Part shown: positions 24,463 through 39,600 of the stretch, one piece after another
Layout of the letters: each line of letters begins with the position of its first letter
Numbering within the stretch: position 1 is the first letter of the stretch
Made by a program: the position numbers and the translations under genes
Source: Amoebidium appalachense
Taxonomy: Eukaryota > Protista > Ichthyosporea
DNA: 64,000 nucleotides
Reading direction: 5' to 3'
Assembly: GCA_963693365.1 (NCBI GenBank)
Contig: CAVNZM010000017.1
Location: 3,577,375 to 3,641,374 of the forward strand
The notes under the pieces: generated by a model
Databases searched by the model: none
The model's input: the letters and a program-made list of their open reading frames with translations, nothing else
What the model was told of the DNA's origin: nothing

Positions 24463-26404
24463 GGTTCAGGCGTCGGGATGCTGAACGACCCTTAGCAACA
24501 GCCCCAAGCAGCGCCGTCGAATCAAGGCCCCAAAGGTAGCGGGAGCCCCGGGCAGCCGCAGACCGACCTAATCGACGAAGCCCCAGGAGCAAGGCTTCTC
24601 CCTCCAGAATGTTGATGTGGTCGGAGTGGCGCCAACGATGACTGATGTTGGTGGTCCACCGGCCACCAACAGCTGCCAGGATAGGTGCCGGGGGGGCGGA
24701 CGGGCTTGGCTCGTGCACAGGACCAGACAGCTGGCTGTAGTGGCCACGCCGGTTGCAGTGAGGCAGCACTTCGCGGAGAAGCGTTGCTGGAAGCACCCGG
24801 GACACCACTGCACCACCCAACAAGGAAGCATCAGTGCAGAACATGGTGCTAGCAAACCCAGAACGCAAATCACAACGCATCAAAGGGGCCAAAGCACACA
24901 TCGCCTGAAGCTCCCACACCACGGGCGGGGGAAGGGGCTGTTCCCGACCCCCCAGCTGCTCCACAAAACTGTAGACGGCACTCAGAACCGACAAAAGCGG
25001 CCGCTGCAGCAGTGCCGCCCACACCCAGCCACCAAGCAACTGCTGCAAACGGAGCTGCGTGACGACACCACGACGCAACACCGCCTGGGTTTCCGCCACC
25101 AGACGGCACAAGGAAGCGCCAGACGGGCGCAATATCCCAGAGCGATGCATTTCCAGGCCTAGCAGCACCATAGAGGACGACGAACCAGCAGCCACATCCT
25201 TCTTGACATTGGAGGAAAGACCAGCTGGGCCGGTGACGCCATGATACAATGCACGCTGACGATTGATGGCGGTGGCATCTGTGCCGACCCAGCCACAGTC
25301 GTCCACATACAGGGCATGCTGCGTGGCCTCCACAGGCCGCGGCACTATCGCACAGAGGCGCTCAATGCGGGGCATGCCGGCTCGGTCAGCCAACTGCCCA
25401 TGGACGTCTTGAGCCACAAGCACAGAATGCACCCAGCCAATGGGCACGGTCTTGAGGGCCGGGTACACAAGCCGGTCGGGCCCAGAAATGCCAACAGCCT
25501 CCGAAGACACAGGCGGCAATCCGAAGTACCGCCACAGCCACTCCGGGGCAAGAAGACGATGGAACTGGTTGTCCATGTCCGACTTGCCAAAATAGAGGCA
25601 ATCCTCAGGCCCCAGCAACAGATCGGCAAAATCGGCAGGGTTGGGCAGGTGCACCTGGAGGGCAGGATGATCACGGGCAAAGAACAGGTTGCCACGGCGG
25701 CCGTCAAAAATGACGCGGGCTCTGGTGTCTTTGGGGACCCCAAACAGCCCATTGATGGCCAGTGGTTTTTCCTTCGCCTCGAAATAGTGCACCATGCCGC
25801 AGTCTTGAAGCCGAAGAAGCAGGGGACCGTATTCCCCACTGGGAACATGATGCGCCGGTCGGATGCGGCGCAGCTCTGCAGGCGTCGGCGGAACAGGCTT
25901 AAGAAGGCCGCCGTCGCAGTTGGCCAAAAACGGCTGTAGCGTAGGAGACAAAAACTGCAACACGTCCACTGTGGCTCCAACCCCAGGGGGTGGCAAAGCG
26001 GCATTTGTCGCCGTGAGAGGTAGCCATCCTGTCAATACAGGGTAGGCCGCGGGGAACGCAGCCAAGACACTATTCGCAGGCTGAGCGTCGTAGACACCCG
26101 CGCGTATAGCATCGTAGCTGGCCCTAAGGACAAAGGTCCACAGGGCATGGTGGTGACTGTTCACCAACCGGGTCGGGAATGGGCAAGGGCCGCCTGCCCA
26201 CAGCTCGTTGAGGGCACCAAGACAACGGTTAGCCAAGGTAACCCCCTTCAGGCGGTGAGACAGACGTTGCCGACGGCGTTGACTCCGTAGACGGGCTTGT
26301 CCAGAACGGTCCGCCACAGGAATGGCCGGAACAGGAAACAAATCAGAGGCGGCAAAGACATGACGTGGCATAGCTGTGGAATCCTTAGAAAAATTAGGGG
26401 GCAT
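24350..26404 (-). CDS. Reverse transcriptase + RNase H (DIRS-type), 684 aa
   Basis: FGVPK, RVIFDGR, SDMDNQF, LYVDD, CTDAS, HINILE, LDS, NPADGPSR; no methyltransferase domain seen. Confidence 0.95.
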   Translation of the reverse strand: MPPNFSKDSTAMPRHVFAASDLFPVPAIPVADRSGQARLRSQRRRQRLSHRLKGVTLANRCLGALNELWAGGPCPFPTRLVNSHHHALWTFVLRASYDAIRAGVYDAQPANSVLAAFPAAYPVLTGWLPLTATNAALPPPGVGATVDVLQFLSPTLQPFLANCDGGLLKPVPPTPAELRRIRPAHHVPSGEYGPLLLRLQDCGMVHYFEAKEKPLAINGLFGVPKDTRARVIFDGRRGNLFFARDHPALQVHLPNPADFADLLLGPEDCLYFGKSDMDNQFHRLLAPEWLWRYFGLPPVSSEAVGISGPDRLVYPALKTVPIGWVHSVLVAQDVHGQLADRAGMPRIERLCAIVPRPVEATQHALYVDDCGWVGTDATAINRQRALYHGVTGPAGLSSNVKKDVAAGSSSSMVLLGLEMHRSGILRPSGASLCRLVAETQAVLRRGVVTQLRLQQLLGGWVWAALLQRPLLSVLSAVYSFVEQLGGREQPLPPPVVWELQAMCALAPLMRCDLRSGFASTMFCTDASLLGGAVVSRVLPATLLREVLPHCNRRGHYSQLSGPVHEPSPSAPPAPILAAVGGRWTTNISHRWRHSDHINILEGEALLLGLRRLGRSAAARGSRYLWGLDSTALLGAVAKGRSASRRLNRVCRQVAADTLALDIRLYCVWLPSAHNPADGPSRFSG

Positions 26405-27545
26405 ATTTAATCAAGGGCACGTGGCAGGAAACCACAAGAAAATAATATACAGAACCGCGTGCCGAACCCCCAAAGGGCCGTTTAGGCCCTGTGCCCACCG
26501 GTCCCCGGAGGGGTCGATGGACCGGCTCCGGATGGGCCACTGCCGGGACCGCGCCGCGCCGAGCCCGGGTGACTTCGGCGAGGGTCTTGGCTTGACGAAC
26601 AGCCCGGGTGGCCAAGGCAGGGGGCAGGGGCAGGCTGCGCGCAGGGAGCTCCTCAAACTGCTCTGCAACAGCCCAGTCCCCGTTGGACTGATCAGCAGTC
26701 TGCACAGCCAGCAGACGGCGCACACCAACTTCCACAGCAGGTGACTCCTTGCGGGCCTTAGGGTCGGTGGCCAGCAGCAGATCCAGCATACGGGCAAGCG
26801 TCAGAGCCTCCCGTTTGTTGCGGTAGCTGACCCAATCCGCCGCGTGGACAGCCGCAGTGACCGAGGCCTGGTCAGCCAAGGTGCTCTTGAGGTAGGAAGG
26901 GGCCAGACGTTCTTTGACGCGCAGGTTGACTTTGGCGCCGCTGGAGAGCAGATAACGGCTGGGGTTGGTTTTGGAACGGCCAGAGGAACGACGGCTGCGA
27001 GAGGAACGACCGTAGCCACTGCTGCTGGAATCAGAATCCTCACTCGACGATGGGGTGTCTTCACTGCCGGTGTCGTACGCATAGACAGGCTCCTTGCCCT
27101 TTGCCCGCGCAGACAGCGTGCTCAGCAGGCCGCCGGCAGAGGGCTTCTTGGGGCGACCAGACTGGGCAACAGAGAGGGCTTGCACTTGGGCAGAAAGCGC
27201 CTGCAGCTGCTCTTGGACGTCTACACCGTCAGAACGCCGCTGGGGAGAGGGCGACCCAGGTGGGGGGGAGGCACGGCCACTGCGAGGAGTGCGACAGAGC
27301 AAGTGCAGCTGGTCGGTGACTTTCCAACCGACCATCTCAGGGTCATCAAAAGCCACCGAGCGCGCTTTGAGGGCTGAAACCACACTGTTGACGGTTTCTG
27401 CCGGCAGGCTGTTCCAGGGGAGGGCGTTGGACTGCAAAACGGCCAGACTTTTGAGACTTGCGTCGTCCGCATCGGTAGAGATCTCCAAAAGCTTTTCGAG
27501 GAGAGCGCCCCTTGGCGACCAGAGCAGGAGGAGGGGCCATTGCAA
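26394..27545 (-). CDS. gag-like ORF1 of the YR element (N-terminus frameshifted)
   Basis: First ORF of the element; overlaps the RT start; conserved in copy 1. Confidence 0.7.
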   Translation of the reverse strand: MQWPLLLLWSPRGALLEKLLEISTDADDASLKSLAVLQSNALPWNSLPAETVNSVVSALKARSVAFDDPEMVGWKVTDQLHLLCRTPRSGRASPPPGSPSPQRRSDGVDVQEQLQALSAQVQALSVAQSGRPKKPSAGGLLSTLSARAKGKEPVYAYDTGSEDTPSSSEDSDSSSSGYGRSSRSRRSSGRSKTNPSRYLLSSGAKVNLRVKERLAPSYLKSTLADQASVTAAVHAADWVSYRNKREALTLARMLDLLLATDPKARKESPAVEVGVRRLLAVQTADQSNGDWAVAEQFEELPARSLPLPPALATRAVRQAKTLAEVTRARRGAVPAVAHPEPVHRPLRGPVGTGPKRPFGGSARGSVYYFLVVSCHVPLIKYAP

Positions 27546-28669
27546 TGCTTACAAACCAGACTAGAGCACGAAAACTTGAAAACGAAGACTGGGAAATGCA
27601 AAAACGCGGGAAAACCGACACCGCAAAAAACGTCCGAAAACCAGCTAAAACGCAACGGCGCGCACGCAAAACTCTTACCAGATGCTGCCGAAGCTAAGCG
27701 CGCGCTCCTGGGCAAAAAAACTACAGAAAAAACGAACAACAGCGCGAATAACGGGGACTAGAGTTGCAAAAACTTAGCTAAAAAATTGGGCCTAAAGAGA
27801 CCTAAACGCGCTCAGTAGCGCCGCAACTCTTTATGTCATCCGATCCTCTCGAACTACGGCAATACATTCGTGTGGTTGAATATTGGTGCCAGCGCAACGA
27901 TATGCAGATTAATGTCAAAAAGTGTGCCCTTTTATCAAAATCGATACCGGCATGGGACGACGTTTGTATTTTCGGCAGTCCCCTCCCTCGCCCAATCGAA
28001 TACAAGTATTTGGGGATTCCGGTGGACGAATGGGGCATATGTTTCAAACGGATGGTCGATCGTCGGGTGGAGAGTGCAGGCAGGTGTCTTTGGTTATTTA
28101 GGGATGTGTATCTTGCTACTCTTTCTCATACTGTCCACCTATACAATCGTCTGAGTATATTTCGCACATATATTCGCCCTTTGTCTGAATACGGGTTGCC
28201 CTTACTAGCTATGGCACACCCTGATACTGTTACTAATGTCCTCAAATCAATCGATGATTTCCACTACACAACTTGTTGTACGCTTCTCACTGGTCTTTCC
28301 ACACCTATCCCTAGACGCCTTTTTGATTCTCTCTACGCACTCACACCACCATCACAACGCGTACACGAATTAGCCCTTAAATTTCACGAGCACATCACCC
28401 GCCTGTCCGCTTGTGCCCCGGACCACCCGCTCTTCCGGCTACACGCATCCCTGCCGGACTCGCCCCTCTACCTCTTCCCTTCCCCATCGTCTCTGCCCAT
28501 TGCCGAGCGTTATGTGGAATGGCTGGCGACCCCACCGGAGGTACGGCTAGATCATAGTGTGAATATGAATAGTTTCAAGTCTATGGCTGATAGATATCTT
28601 TTTACTCTACGTGTTGAGTCCCTTCTGGTGTTAGGACCGCAAAAACACCAACTACTAGTAGCCTATACG

Positions 28670-29340
28670 TCAGCAATCTTGCCGAAACATCCGGAACCCA
28701 TAAAAGATATATTGAAGATATCCATATACTCAAACCCATCCTGAACATAACCCTACATCCAGTTCATGGGTTTAAGATATGTAAATATAAATGGATATTA
28801 GTCTTGGATATCTACGGCTAATATGTATATAGATATCTGTTAAAACCCTGATATCCATTGGATAACTACTGTTAGGGATCCACTAGATATCCACGGGAAA
28901 CGTGATATCCAGTGGATATCGAACACTAGATATGCAAATACACATGCACAACATATATAATGGATATGTGACGAAGGGACCCAGTGACAGGTAACCTGCC
29001 CAATATTATATCCAATGTGATATGCACTATATATATGTAACATGCTTAAAACAAATGAGATCGAATGGATATACAGCTCAGGTTTCGAACCACATCTGGA
29101 TATCAGCTAGATATGGAAATACATATGTAGATAGACATACAATTAGCATATAATACATATCTATTATGGGACGATGAGACATCAGTCATGACATTCTATA
29201 TGCGCATAACACATTCAGAATTTATTAGCTGAATATGTATTCTATATTAGAAATGATATTGATTGTATACCACTTCTATATATACCTATATAGGTATCTG
29301 AATATATAAATGATGTCTATATGGATATCTCTCTATCTAT
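28670..29340. repeat. GGATAT/ATATCC motif-rich AT-rich DNA
   Basis: Dense dispersed GGATAT/GATATC motifs. Confidence 0.6.
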
Positions 29341-30039
29341 TCACCTCTCCCCCCCCCCCCCCCCCGGTTCCCCACTCCCTCCCCCCCCCCCCCGGTTCCC
29401 CACCCCCCCCCCCCCCCCCCCCCCCCCCCCCGTTGGGATGGTGACACATGTTCGATGACGGCTGCACACTTACGGTTTTTTTTTAATTAGTCATGCTCCC
29501 CAGGAGCATGTGACACAAACGCTATTATCCAACTTCCAAACTTCTACATTTTCATCGTATCAACATGCGCATTTATAACTTCTACAAGAATACTATATTG
29601 CTTATTTACTTGATTTCTAACCATAATACAATGACAACTACTAGTACTCCAATCTTTGCTCGTCGCCTTATTCCCCGCAGACTCTCTTGTGGCACTGATT
29701 CTTGTTCCTCGCTGTGGCTGTGGCTGCTGAGGTCCTCAGGGTCGTTAATGGTTGGTGGGTCAATCACATGGCACTCCGTCAACACGCATGTCCTCGAGCT
29801 GCTCCCGTGTGGGGGGGGGGGGGGGGGGTTAGTACATGTCATTCCCTCCCCTCGTGCAATTTGTATAGGATATGGTTGCTGGAAGCCTCGATGTAACCCT
29901 TTACAAGTATAACGACTACTAAGGGATACATTGAGAACCAAAATACATTATTGTGCATACACACCCGGGCCCACACCTACATGTGCGCACATACAGAGAG
30001 ATGGGGGGGAATGGAGAGGTGGGAGAACAGGCGTTTTTT

Positions 30040-30070
<31 letters not shown>

Positions 30071-32459
30071 GGGGATGGTGATCAACGACATATATACACA
30101 ATGTTTATACATATACATAGCACACACACACACACACTGATGCACACTACCACCCACACACACAGAACACGATGCACCAAAGTAACCAAGTGAGTGGGAA
30201 GAGAGATCAGCAAACAGCAAATTAGTTTATGATAGAACTTAAGGCAAGGTGGATGGGAAGCTGTGTGTGTCTGTGTGTGTGTGTGTGTGTGTGTGTTTTC
30301 TTTTCTTTTTTTTTTTTTTGGAGGGGGGGGGGGGGGTACCAGTGTCGTGGAATTGGTTTTTATGTCGGAATGTCGAGGTTGGCAGTCATGTACCAGCACC
30401 GAACAATCTTGCGGTCAGCCATGTGCGCTGCTGCTGCTTGCTAGAAGACTCACCCGAGTGCACCATCTCCCACCTGCACGGGGAAAGTGAAGCGTGACCA
30501 GTGAGAAGGAGGAAAAGTGAGAGGCAGTTTGAAACAGGAAATAAGGGGAATAACCTGGTCCATTATGTTATAGCTGAAAAGTTTTTTTTTTTTTTTTTTG
30601 GCCGGGGGGGGGGGGGGGGGGGGGGGGGGGGACAAAACGCCCATGAGGTTTAACACGAAAACATCAAAAGGACAGAATCTTACATTGTCATACCTACAGC
30701 AGCACTCTAAACTTTCGATGCAAGCAAGTGGTTACCGACTAACCTCGTATGTGTCAGTGGGGTACGTTGCGTGCAACGTGTAGGAGTGGGAGCTAACAGA
30801 CCTTATCACACAGGTAAAAAGTAAAACGTGCACATGTCATGATAATGGGTGCCCCACTACACTTGCTGGGCAATAAGGACGGCACACATTTGTTAAAACA
30901 ATGAAACAAAGGAGGGCATAACCTTCCAACAATGGTTGCCGAGAAGTTTTGTTGCACCAGCCCTTATGAACTAAGAGACTTCATGTCAGGAAGCAATGTA
31001 GCTTCTAAGGGAGTTACAGACGGATGAAGCAAAATGTAGAAACTGCCGAAAACATGGCTTGGCACACAATGATGGAGAATGCGCGCTTTTTGCCCTGTGT
31101 TTACCTGCACAAAACTAAAAGTGCTGACAGGCTGACCTACAGAAGAGCTCAACCACTATACCATAAACGATAAGTGCAAGGTCCCTTAGGGCTCTTTATT
31201 GCACGAACGTTTTAACAAAAAGCGGCATTGCCAAGAACCAACATCAAAAGGTGCCAGCCCAAGCTGGGCATAACCCAGGCAGTAAAAACCTACCTCCTTG
31301 ATGCTCGGTTTAGAAGCTGTCATTCTAAAAGCAAGCGGCCGTTAGCCTCTGTCAGAGAGGATGGTGCCCTGCATGTGAAAGAGGAGAGCAAAGGTGAAAA
31401 GAACTCTTGAAAGTATCATCCTGTTATGCAGAGGTGAGCACAGAGGGCACAAAAAAGCTGCAGTGTGACAGAAAGTAAAACTGCGACAGCATGCACCAGT
31501 TGCGGCAGGAAAGACCAAGAAGAAAGGAGGGCTACAGCAAGGAAGAAAAGCAAGAATAGTTGCACAGAAGCCCAGTCCTTCAGCAAACAGGTAGACGCAA
31601 CAGTCGCATAAGCATCTGTACTGACCTGCACAGCCTGTAGCTCTGAAAACATCGTCTAGTTAGCTTACAAGCCACGGGTGCAACTGAATAGAGTTACAGC
31701 TCAGACTTCTTGAACAGCGGAAGTGCAAGTGAAAACTGACCTCCGAAGGGTGGGAAAAAAACAGTCATAACGGACAATCATTAATGATTGGAGAAGACCA
31801 ATCAAGAAACAGGAGCATAATCGGATTATCCATAATGTGTCTAATGAATACCAATCACACAGCCGAACAAAAATCGGTTCAATCTGATTATCATTAATCA
31901 GATTACAAAACACCAATCACACAGCAGGACAAGCGAATCCGATGAGTCAAGCCGATAATCCCTCCATGCGTTTTACATACATCAAAGTTGTAATATATTT
32001 ATATTATAGAATATAGATATATATATATATATATATATATAGTATATTTATATATATTTATATATATGAATATACATATAATTTAAATACATATATCATG
32101 ATATCTGTGCACACGGTGCGCCCGGCGGACGATGATCCGGATATCACAGGTATTCAATATCAAGTACTATTGTAAGTGCGCGCATGCATGCACTGTACCG
32201 TAAACGGTACGCCCGCACCGTGCAGCTGCAGTACATGCATATGCACTCAGGTTGTTCCCCCGGCCATGGCCAGCACACACCCCCCCCCCCCCCTCCATTT
32301 TTATATTAATTAAAACAATGTGCACGTGCATGCTTCACCGACTGGCCGGCGCGCGCCATGGCATGTGTACGTATACACCGGTACTAATTAGCACTGTGCA
32401 CATATATTATCATAAAGAAGCAAGGATATTCATTTACGTGCAAACAGACATCCATACAT

Positions 32460-32538
<79 letters not shown>

Positions 32539-32770
32539 TGATCATGATGCACGTATGCGTTCACGCACTGTCAACGACACACACACACATCGTCGACATA
32601 TGCATGCACGCGTACGTCTGCATATGATGCGCACGCGCGCACTTTAATACACATACAGAAATTAAAACCCACGCGCACCGTACACGCGTGGCACACTCAC
32701 ATACACGTGTGCACGGACGCACGCGCACCCCTACCCCCCCCCCCCCCTGGGGCTCCACCCCCCCCCCCCC

Positions 32771-32803
<33 letters not shown>

Positions 32804-33184
32804 CAAAGCAACACCTCCTCCCCCCTATCCCGTCCCCCTAATTCTCTTGTGCTCCCCCCTCCCCCCCCCCCCACTGTAACCCCCCTTTTTTTTCTTTCCA
32901 CTTTCCGTAGACTACCCGTAGCTTACATGCCAGAGCTGGAATTCAAGGAGAAGATATCAGAGCCTGGCAAAGCTGCTGCACGTAACAAGCTGTTCCATCG
33001 CGTTTTGGACAAGGTCATAGGTGAGCCCCTGAGGGCCATGAACGAGAACGGACGTTGGTTTTTCTGTAGCAGCGATGATAAGTGGCGGTTGTTTTACCCG
33101 CGTGTATCATACTATATCACCGAATGGCCAGAAGGACCGAAGGTGACGTGCACCAGGTATGTGTGTGTCGGACCCCCCCCCCCC

Positions 33185-33296
<112 letters not shown>

Positions 33297-33786
33297 TGTG
33301 TGTGTGTTTGAGTGGGTGGGTGGGTGGGCTGGTGTGGGTGTGACTGTGGGTGTGGGCCGTGTGTCGTCACACACGTCAGGTGGGTGTCACAGTGTTGTGC
33401 TTGTGTTACGGTTTGTATTTCCCCATCAAGCCCCCCTGCATTTCCACCCGGCGGGTGCGTTTTTCCTTATATATGCACTCATGTGGCTAGGTGCATTTTT
33501 GTTGCCACCCACGAACCAATGGCCTGGGAGCATCCATCTTTTGGGAATAGCAGCATATAGGTACTAGGGAGGTGTGGGCCAAGTTACAGGGCTGCAGCCA
33601 AAATACCAAAAAAAAAACCCCTACGTTTACACCCGCGAATGTTATTTTTCCTACATGTGCAACATCAACTACTCAGGGCACCACCAAATAATGAATAACA
33701 CGTGTTCCACGTGCAAGTAGCAGTTGAAACTTGGTACAAAGTAGCATATGGGTGCTAGGAACGTGTGCATCAATTTTTAGCCGTGC

Positions 33787-33865
33787 ACCACAAAACCCCA
33801 CCAAGCCCCCCCACTTTCCCACCCGGCGGGTGGGAAAGTGGGGGGGCTTGGTGGGGTTTTGTGGT
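33787..33865. repeat. Perfect 79-bp palindrome in a Plavaka intron
   Basis: ACCACAAAACCCCACCAAGC7ACTTTCCCACCCG-G-CGGGTGGGAAAGTG7CTTGGTGGGGTTTTGTGGT. Confidence 0.9.
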
Positions 33866-33879
33866 CCCCCCCCCCCCCC

Positions 33880-34071
<192 letters not shown>

Positions 34072-34788
34072 TGACCAGGTACGTGTGTGTCCGACCCCCA
34101 ACGAGCACGTGTGTTTGCACATGTACAAGGTAGACACCGGATACAACTTCTACGCGCAGGGGCGGGGTTACAACTGCGTGTCCGTGCAACAAATGCAGAG
34201 TGTCGTGCACCAACCTGTCCAAGGTTTGGGAGCCCGCTGCACTGCACCACGAGCGAGCGGAGAAGGCGCTGCGGGATGCAGTCCTCGGCTTGAGGGCTAG
34301 CGGTGTTCCCGGGGACAAAGCAGCAGCTACACAGTTACTCAAGATGGCTTCCATGCAGGACTTCTGGGAGAATGCGTGCCCGGGGTTCCCAGGCTTTCTG
34401 TGGATATGGGATGTCCCAATCGAACGTATGCACCAGGCAGACAGTGGTGTATTTAAGCAGCTACTAATTGAATATAAACTGTACGTGAAGAAGGTATGCG
34501 AGGACATGAACGGTGGGCCAGGCATAGCAGCAGACACCGCTGCAAAGGACGTCATACGGGAGTTTGACCGTCGATTCAACAACATGCCACGTTATAGCAG
34601 CTTTCGTCACTTCAGCAGCACCGTTTCCGACCTCACGTTTCTTCGTGCGAACGAGTACAGAGATATCATGAAGGTGGTCCCCCCCCCCCCCCCCCTCACC
34701 CTTCCCTTTTTCCTCCCCCCCCCCCCCACCCCCTCCCCCCCCCCCCCCACCAACAAACACACACACACAAACACACAAACATTCTGGG

Positions 34789-34819
<31 letters not shown>

Positions 34820-34857
34820 CGAGGCACACACACACACACACACACACACAAACATTC

Positions 34858-34981
<124 letters not shown>

Positions 34982-34989
34982 AGAGAGAG

Positions 34990-35052
<63 letters not shown>

Positions 35053-35319
35053 AGGCACACACATTGCCAGCTGCAGGAACACAGAATCCAATGGACATAG
35101 ATTCGATGGCCAATGGTGATCACGTGTGATATCTATATAAATATCCTTACATGTCCAACGTACATACACTACATAATCAACAGGATATACAAAGGAGATC
35201 AATCATCCTAATGTACAATTAGAGCTACAATGCATATGGTTTTGGGAACAATTACCCGACGGCGTATAGAGTATGCTCAAATGGATATCCAGTACCACGG
35301 TTGACACCAACCCCTTCCC

Positions 35320-35351
<32 letters not shown>

Positions 35352-35559
35352 CAGTATGGCCAAGTCTGCGTACGACTGCTTTCATTGTTCATCTGAGAAC
35401 GACCTCAAGTCAAGCAAATTCCATGCCGGGGACCATTGCAGCGACGACACCCGCCTTTTTGGTCCTGTAGAGACAGCTGAGGGCTATGAACGGGCACACA
35501 AGCATTACTGCAAGCTACCATATCGTATGACAAACAAGAACCGTACGTTCATGTTGCAG

Positions 35560-36860
<1,301 letters not shown>

Positions 36861-37218
36861 ATGAATCCTTTTTAGTCCCCTCAGGCGTTGTGTGTATGTA
36901 CGGTGTGTATAGGTCCCACATTCTCGCACACGTTCTGTTGCTTTCTGCTTTCTCAGGTAGCAACCAAGGTACGGCGTTGGGATGCCCTGGATTTGCGTAG
37001 GACCATCGTCATGGGTCTGGAGGAGGAGAGGGGGGCCAATTTAATTGTGGAAGACGAGGCCCCCGATGTTTCTTTGGAGGAGCTGTTGGAGGCGGTGGAG
37101 GGGGAGGATGTAGGGATCCCATTCCCTCAGACTGATGATGGAGAAGAAGACAACCTCAGGGACACCGAGGACGACGTTATCATGCAAGGTAACTTTTTTT
37201 TAATGTTACCCCCCCCCC

Positions 37219-37314
<96 letters not shown>

Positions 37315-37344
37315 TGTGTGTGTGTGCCTCATGTGTGTGTGTGC

Positions 37345-37415
<71 letters not shown>

Positions 37416-37549
37416 CTCATGTGTGTGTGTGTTTGTCACTGAACTATATTTTTTCTTTTTTTTTTCTTCCTCTTTTTATCTATTTCTTCCCCTTGATTTG
37501 TGGAACCGAGTATAACGTGGTTGTGTAACTTTGTGCCGTGGATAAGTAT

Positions 37550-39600
37550 TACTTATGTGATAGATATAAGACCAGACATAAATTATTTATCAATGGTGGT
37601 CATTAGCCATCATATGGTTATGCGATGGATCGGTAAAGATGTATAATGTTTATCCGGAAATGCCTTATTACATATCAAATACACCCTAATAGATATGCTG
37701 CAGATATACAGTACCAAAATTATGCAATTAATCCAGTGGATATACCCTAGACATGTAGCTACAGATGTATCTGGCTATCTGTATGGGTATCAACCCAGGT
37801 AGCTGTTATAGTGATATTTTGAGTATTTTACGGGTGTAAATGGATATCCCAAAACATGTATGTTAAGTGTTAGGCATTAGGTTGGGTATCTACTTTGATA
37901 TGTTTGTTTTTCATGCATTAGGTATCAACATAGGTGCCTAGTGCATATGCAGGTGTATATGTATCCGCATATCATGTTGGATATTAAGCTTAGATATTTT
38001 GAATGGCGATGCATTGTATATGTATATCGACATATATTGGATGGGTAAGCAGGGGTGCATATGGATAGCCGTTGGAGATCGGTATGGGTGTCTATTGTGA
38101 TATGTATTTTCGTCATGCATTGGATATTAGTATTAGGGTCTAGTGGATGGGCAAATGCAGGTGTATCAAGATATCTGTATGGATATTGAGCCTAGATAAC
38201 CAGTATAGCTATCCATTGTGTCTTAGTATGATTGTCTATTGGACATCAGCGTGAGGGTGTATATGGATAACGGTCAGAGACATATTTGGTGATCTAATTG
38301 GATATGTGGAATCGTCATGCTTTGGTTATTATAGGAGGGTCTAGTGGACAAGCAAATGCGTATGTATCTGGATATCGGAATGGATATCCATTGTACGTAT
38401 CCAATATGGGCATGCATTGTTCATTTCTCCTGCTGTACGTATGGATACCACCCTAGTAGATAAGTCTGTATGGTGCTCTGATGTTGATATTGCCTGGGAA
38501 GTTGTGCAGTGGCGCTGTAATTCTTGTTTTCATCGCCGCTGGTGCCACTTTTGTGCTGACCTTTTTAATCGCAAGCATGTTGATAGGTGTGAATTTTTAT
38601 GTCGCGTTTTACCTCTTTCCCTCCGGGTATCTGCTACACTAGCTGGCAATGTGAACACTTTAGACTTTTTGTTGAATTCTGTTGGTCGTCACATTGAGTA
38701 TTTATATGACTTTCACACAGTGTTCAGGTATCTCAGTATGCACTTGTTACTGGATAACTCGTGAAGTTTTTATTGTCTTCTCAGTATGCCGTGCATACTT
38801 GCATATCTTTCCGTCGAATAAATCCAGTCAAAAGAAAAAAATTGTTCATTAGCGTTGGGGTCAAGTGCACATGTAATAGCGATCCATCTGGATATCGTAA
38901 TGGATATCCAATATGGACATCCACTATAGACCGCCATTGGATATACTTGTTAGGTGTATTGCATGTCTTGCTACAGGGATATCATGATATCTGTATGGGG
39001 ATTTTGATCAGATATCCGTGTCAGTCATGTATTGGATATGTTGTTACCGATCCAGTCTAATATACAGCTAATCATCCAAATGGATATCCAGAATGTTTTA
39101 TATCCATATAGCTATCCAACGGAGGAATGCAGTTGAAATTCCATCATTGGATATCCAGCGTCGATATCCATTGTGGGCATCTGTCTAATATCCAATACAT
39201 GCCGAACCAACCAGATGGCGTTTGATGTCTGCATTCATAATATATGCATCTAATGTGTATTTAATGGCCATTATAGGTGCAATTATGTATCCATATAAGC
39301 ATTGATTGCATATCCAGATATGTGATATCACAACGATGATCAATGGAGGTACAGCATGGATATCCATATGTGATATCTAATGGGGGTGCAATATCTTGAT
39401 CACTATCTAAGCATGCAACTACATATATATTGGACATCGGTTGGAGGTCAGGATGAAATAGACATGTTGTATATATCCAGTGGATGGTATTGATATGTTC
39501 GACCGAAACCATCCTACATATCGTTTGTATATCCAAAAGGTATCCATTAATATACAGTTGCATATCCTAGATGGGTTGGATATGTTTTGGATGTTCGTGC
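37550..39600. repeat. TGGATATCCA-motif-rich region
   Basis: Palindromic TGGATATCCA at ~38381, 38901, 39081, 39148 and 39357, plus many half sites. Confidence 0.65.

Larger units (their letters stand above)
23344..27830 (-). mobile_element. YR retrotransposon copy 2 (short A - ORFs - B only)
   Basis: B at 23344-23439, A fragment at 27766-27828, intact RT/RH and YR ORFs; clean junctions in the LINE ORF. Confidence 0.95.
21346..28660 (+). pseudogene. LINE ORF2 (APE endonuclease + RT), interrupted by YR copy 2, frameshift ~23060, 3'-truncated
   Basis: FWNARSL, VAETW, VLGDFN, SDHLPI (APE); KACGPGGIP, FRAITL, FIDFKNVYD, GVLQGSLLSPLLF, FFADD; resumes MSSDPLEL..INVKKC..YKYLG at 27833. Confidence 0.93.

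Noticed and set aside
29606-30500. Minus-strand fragments ending in a hydrophobic tail
   Set aside because: No coherent gene model or family motif
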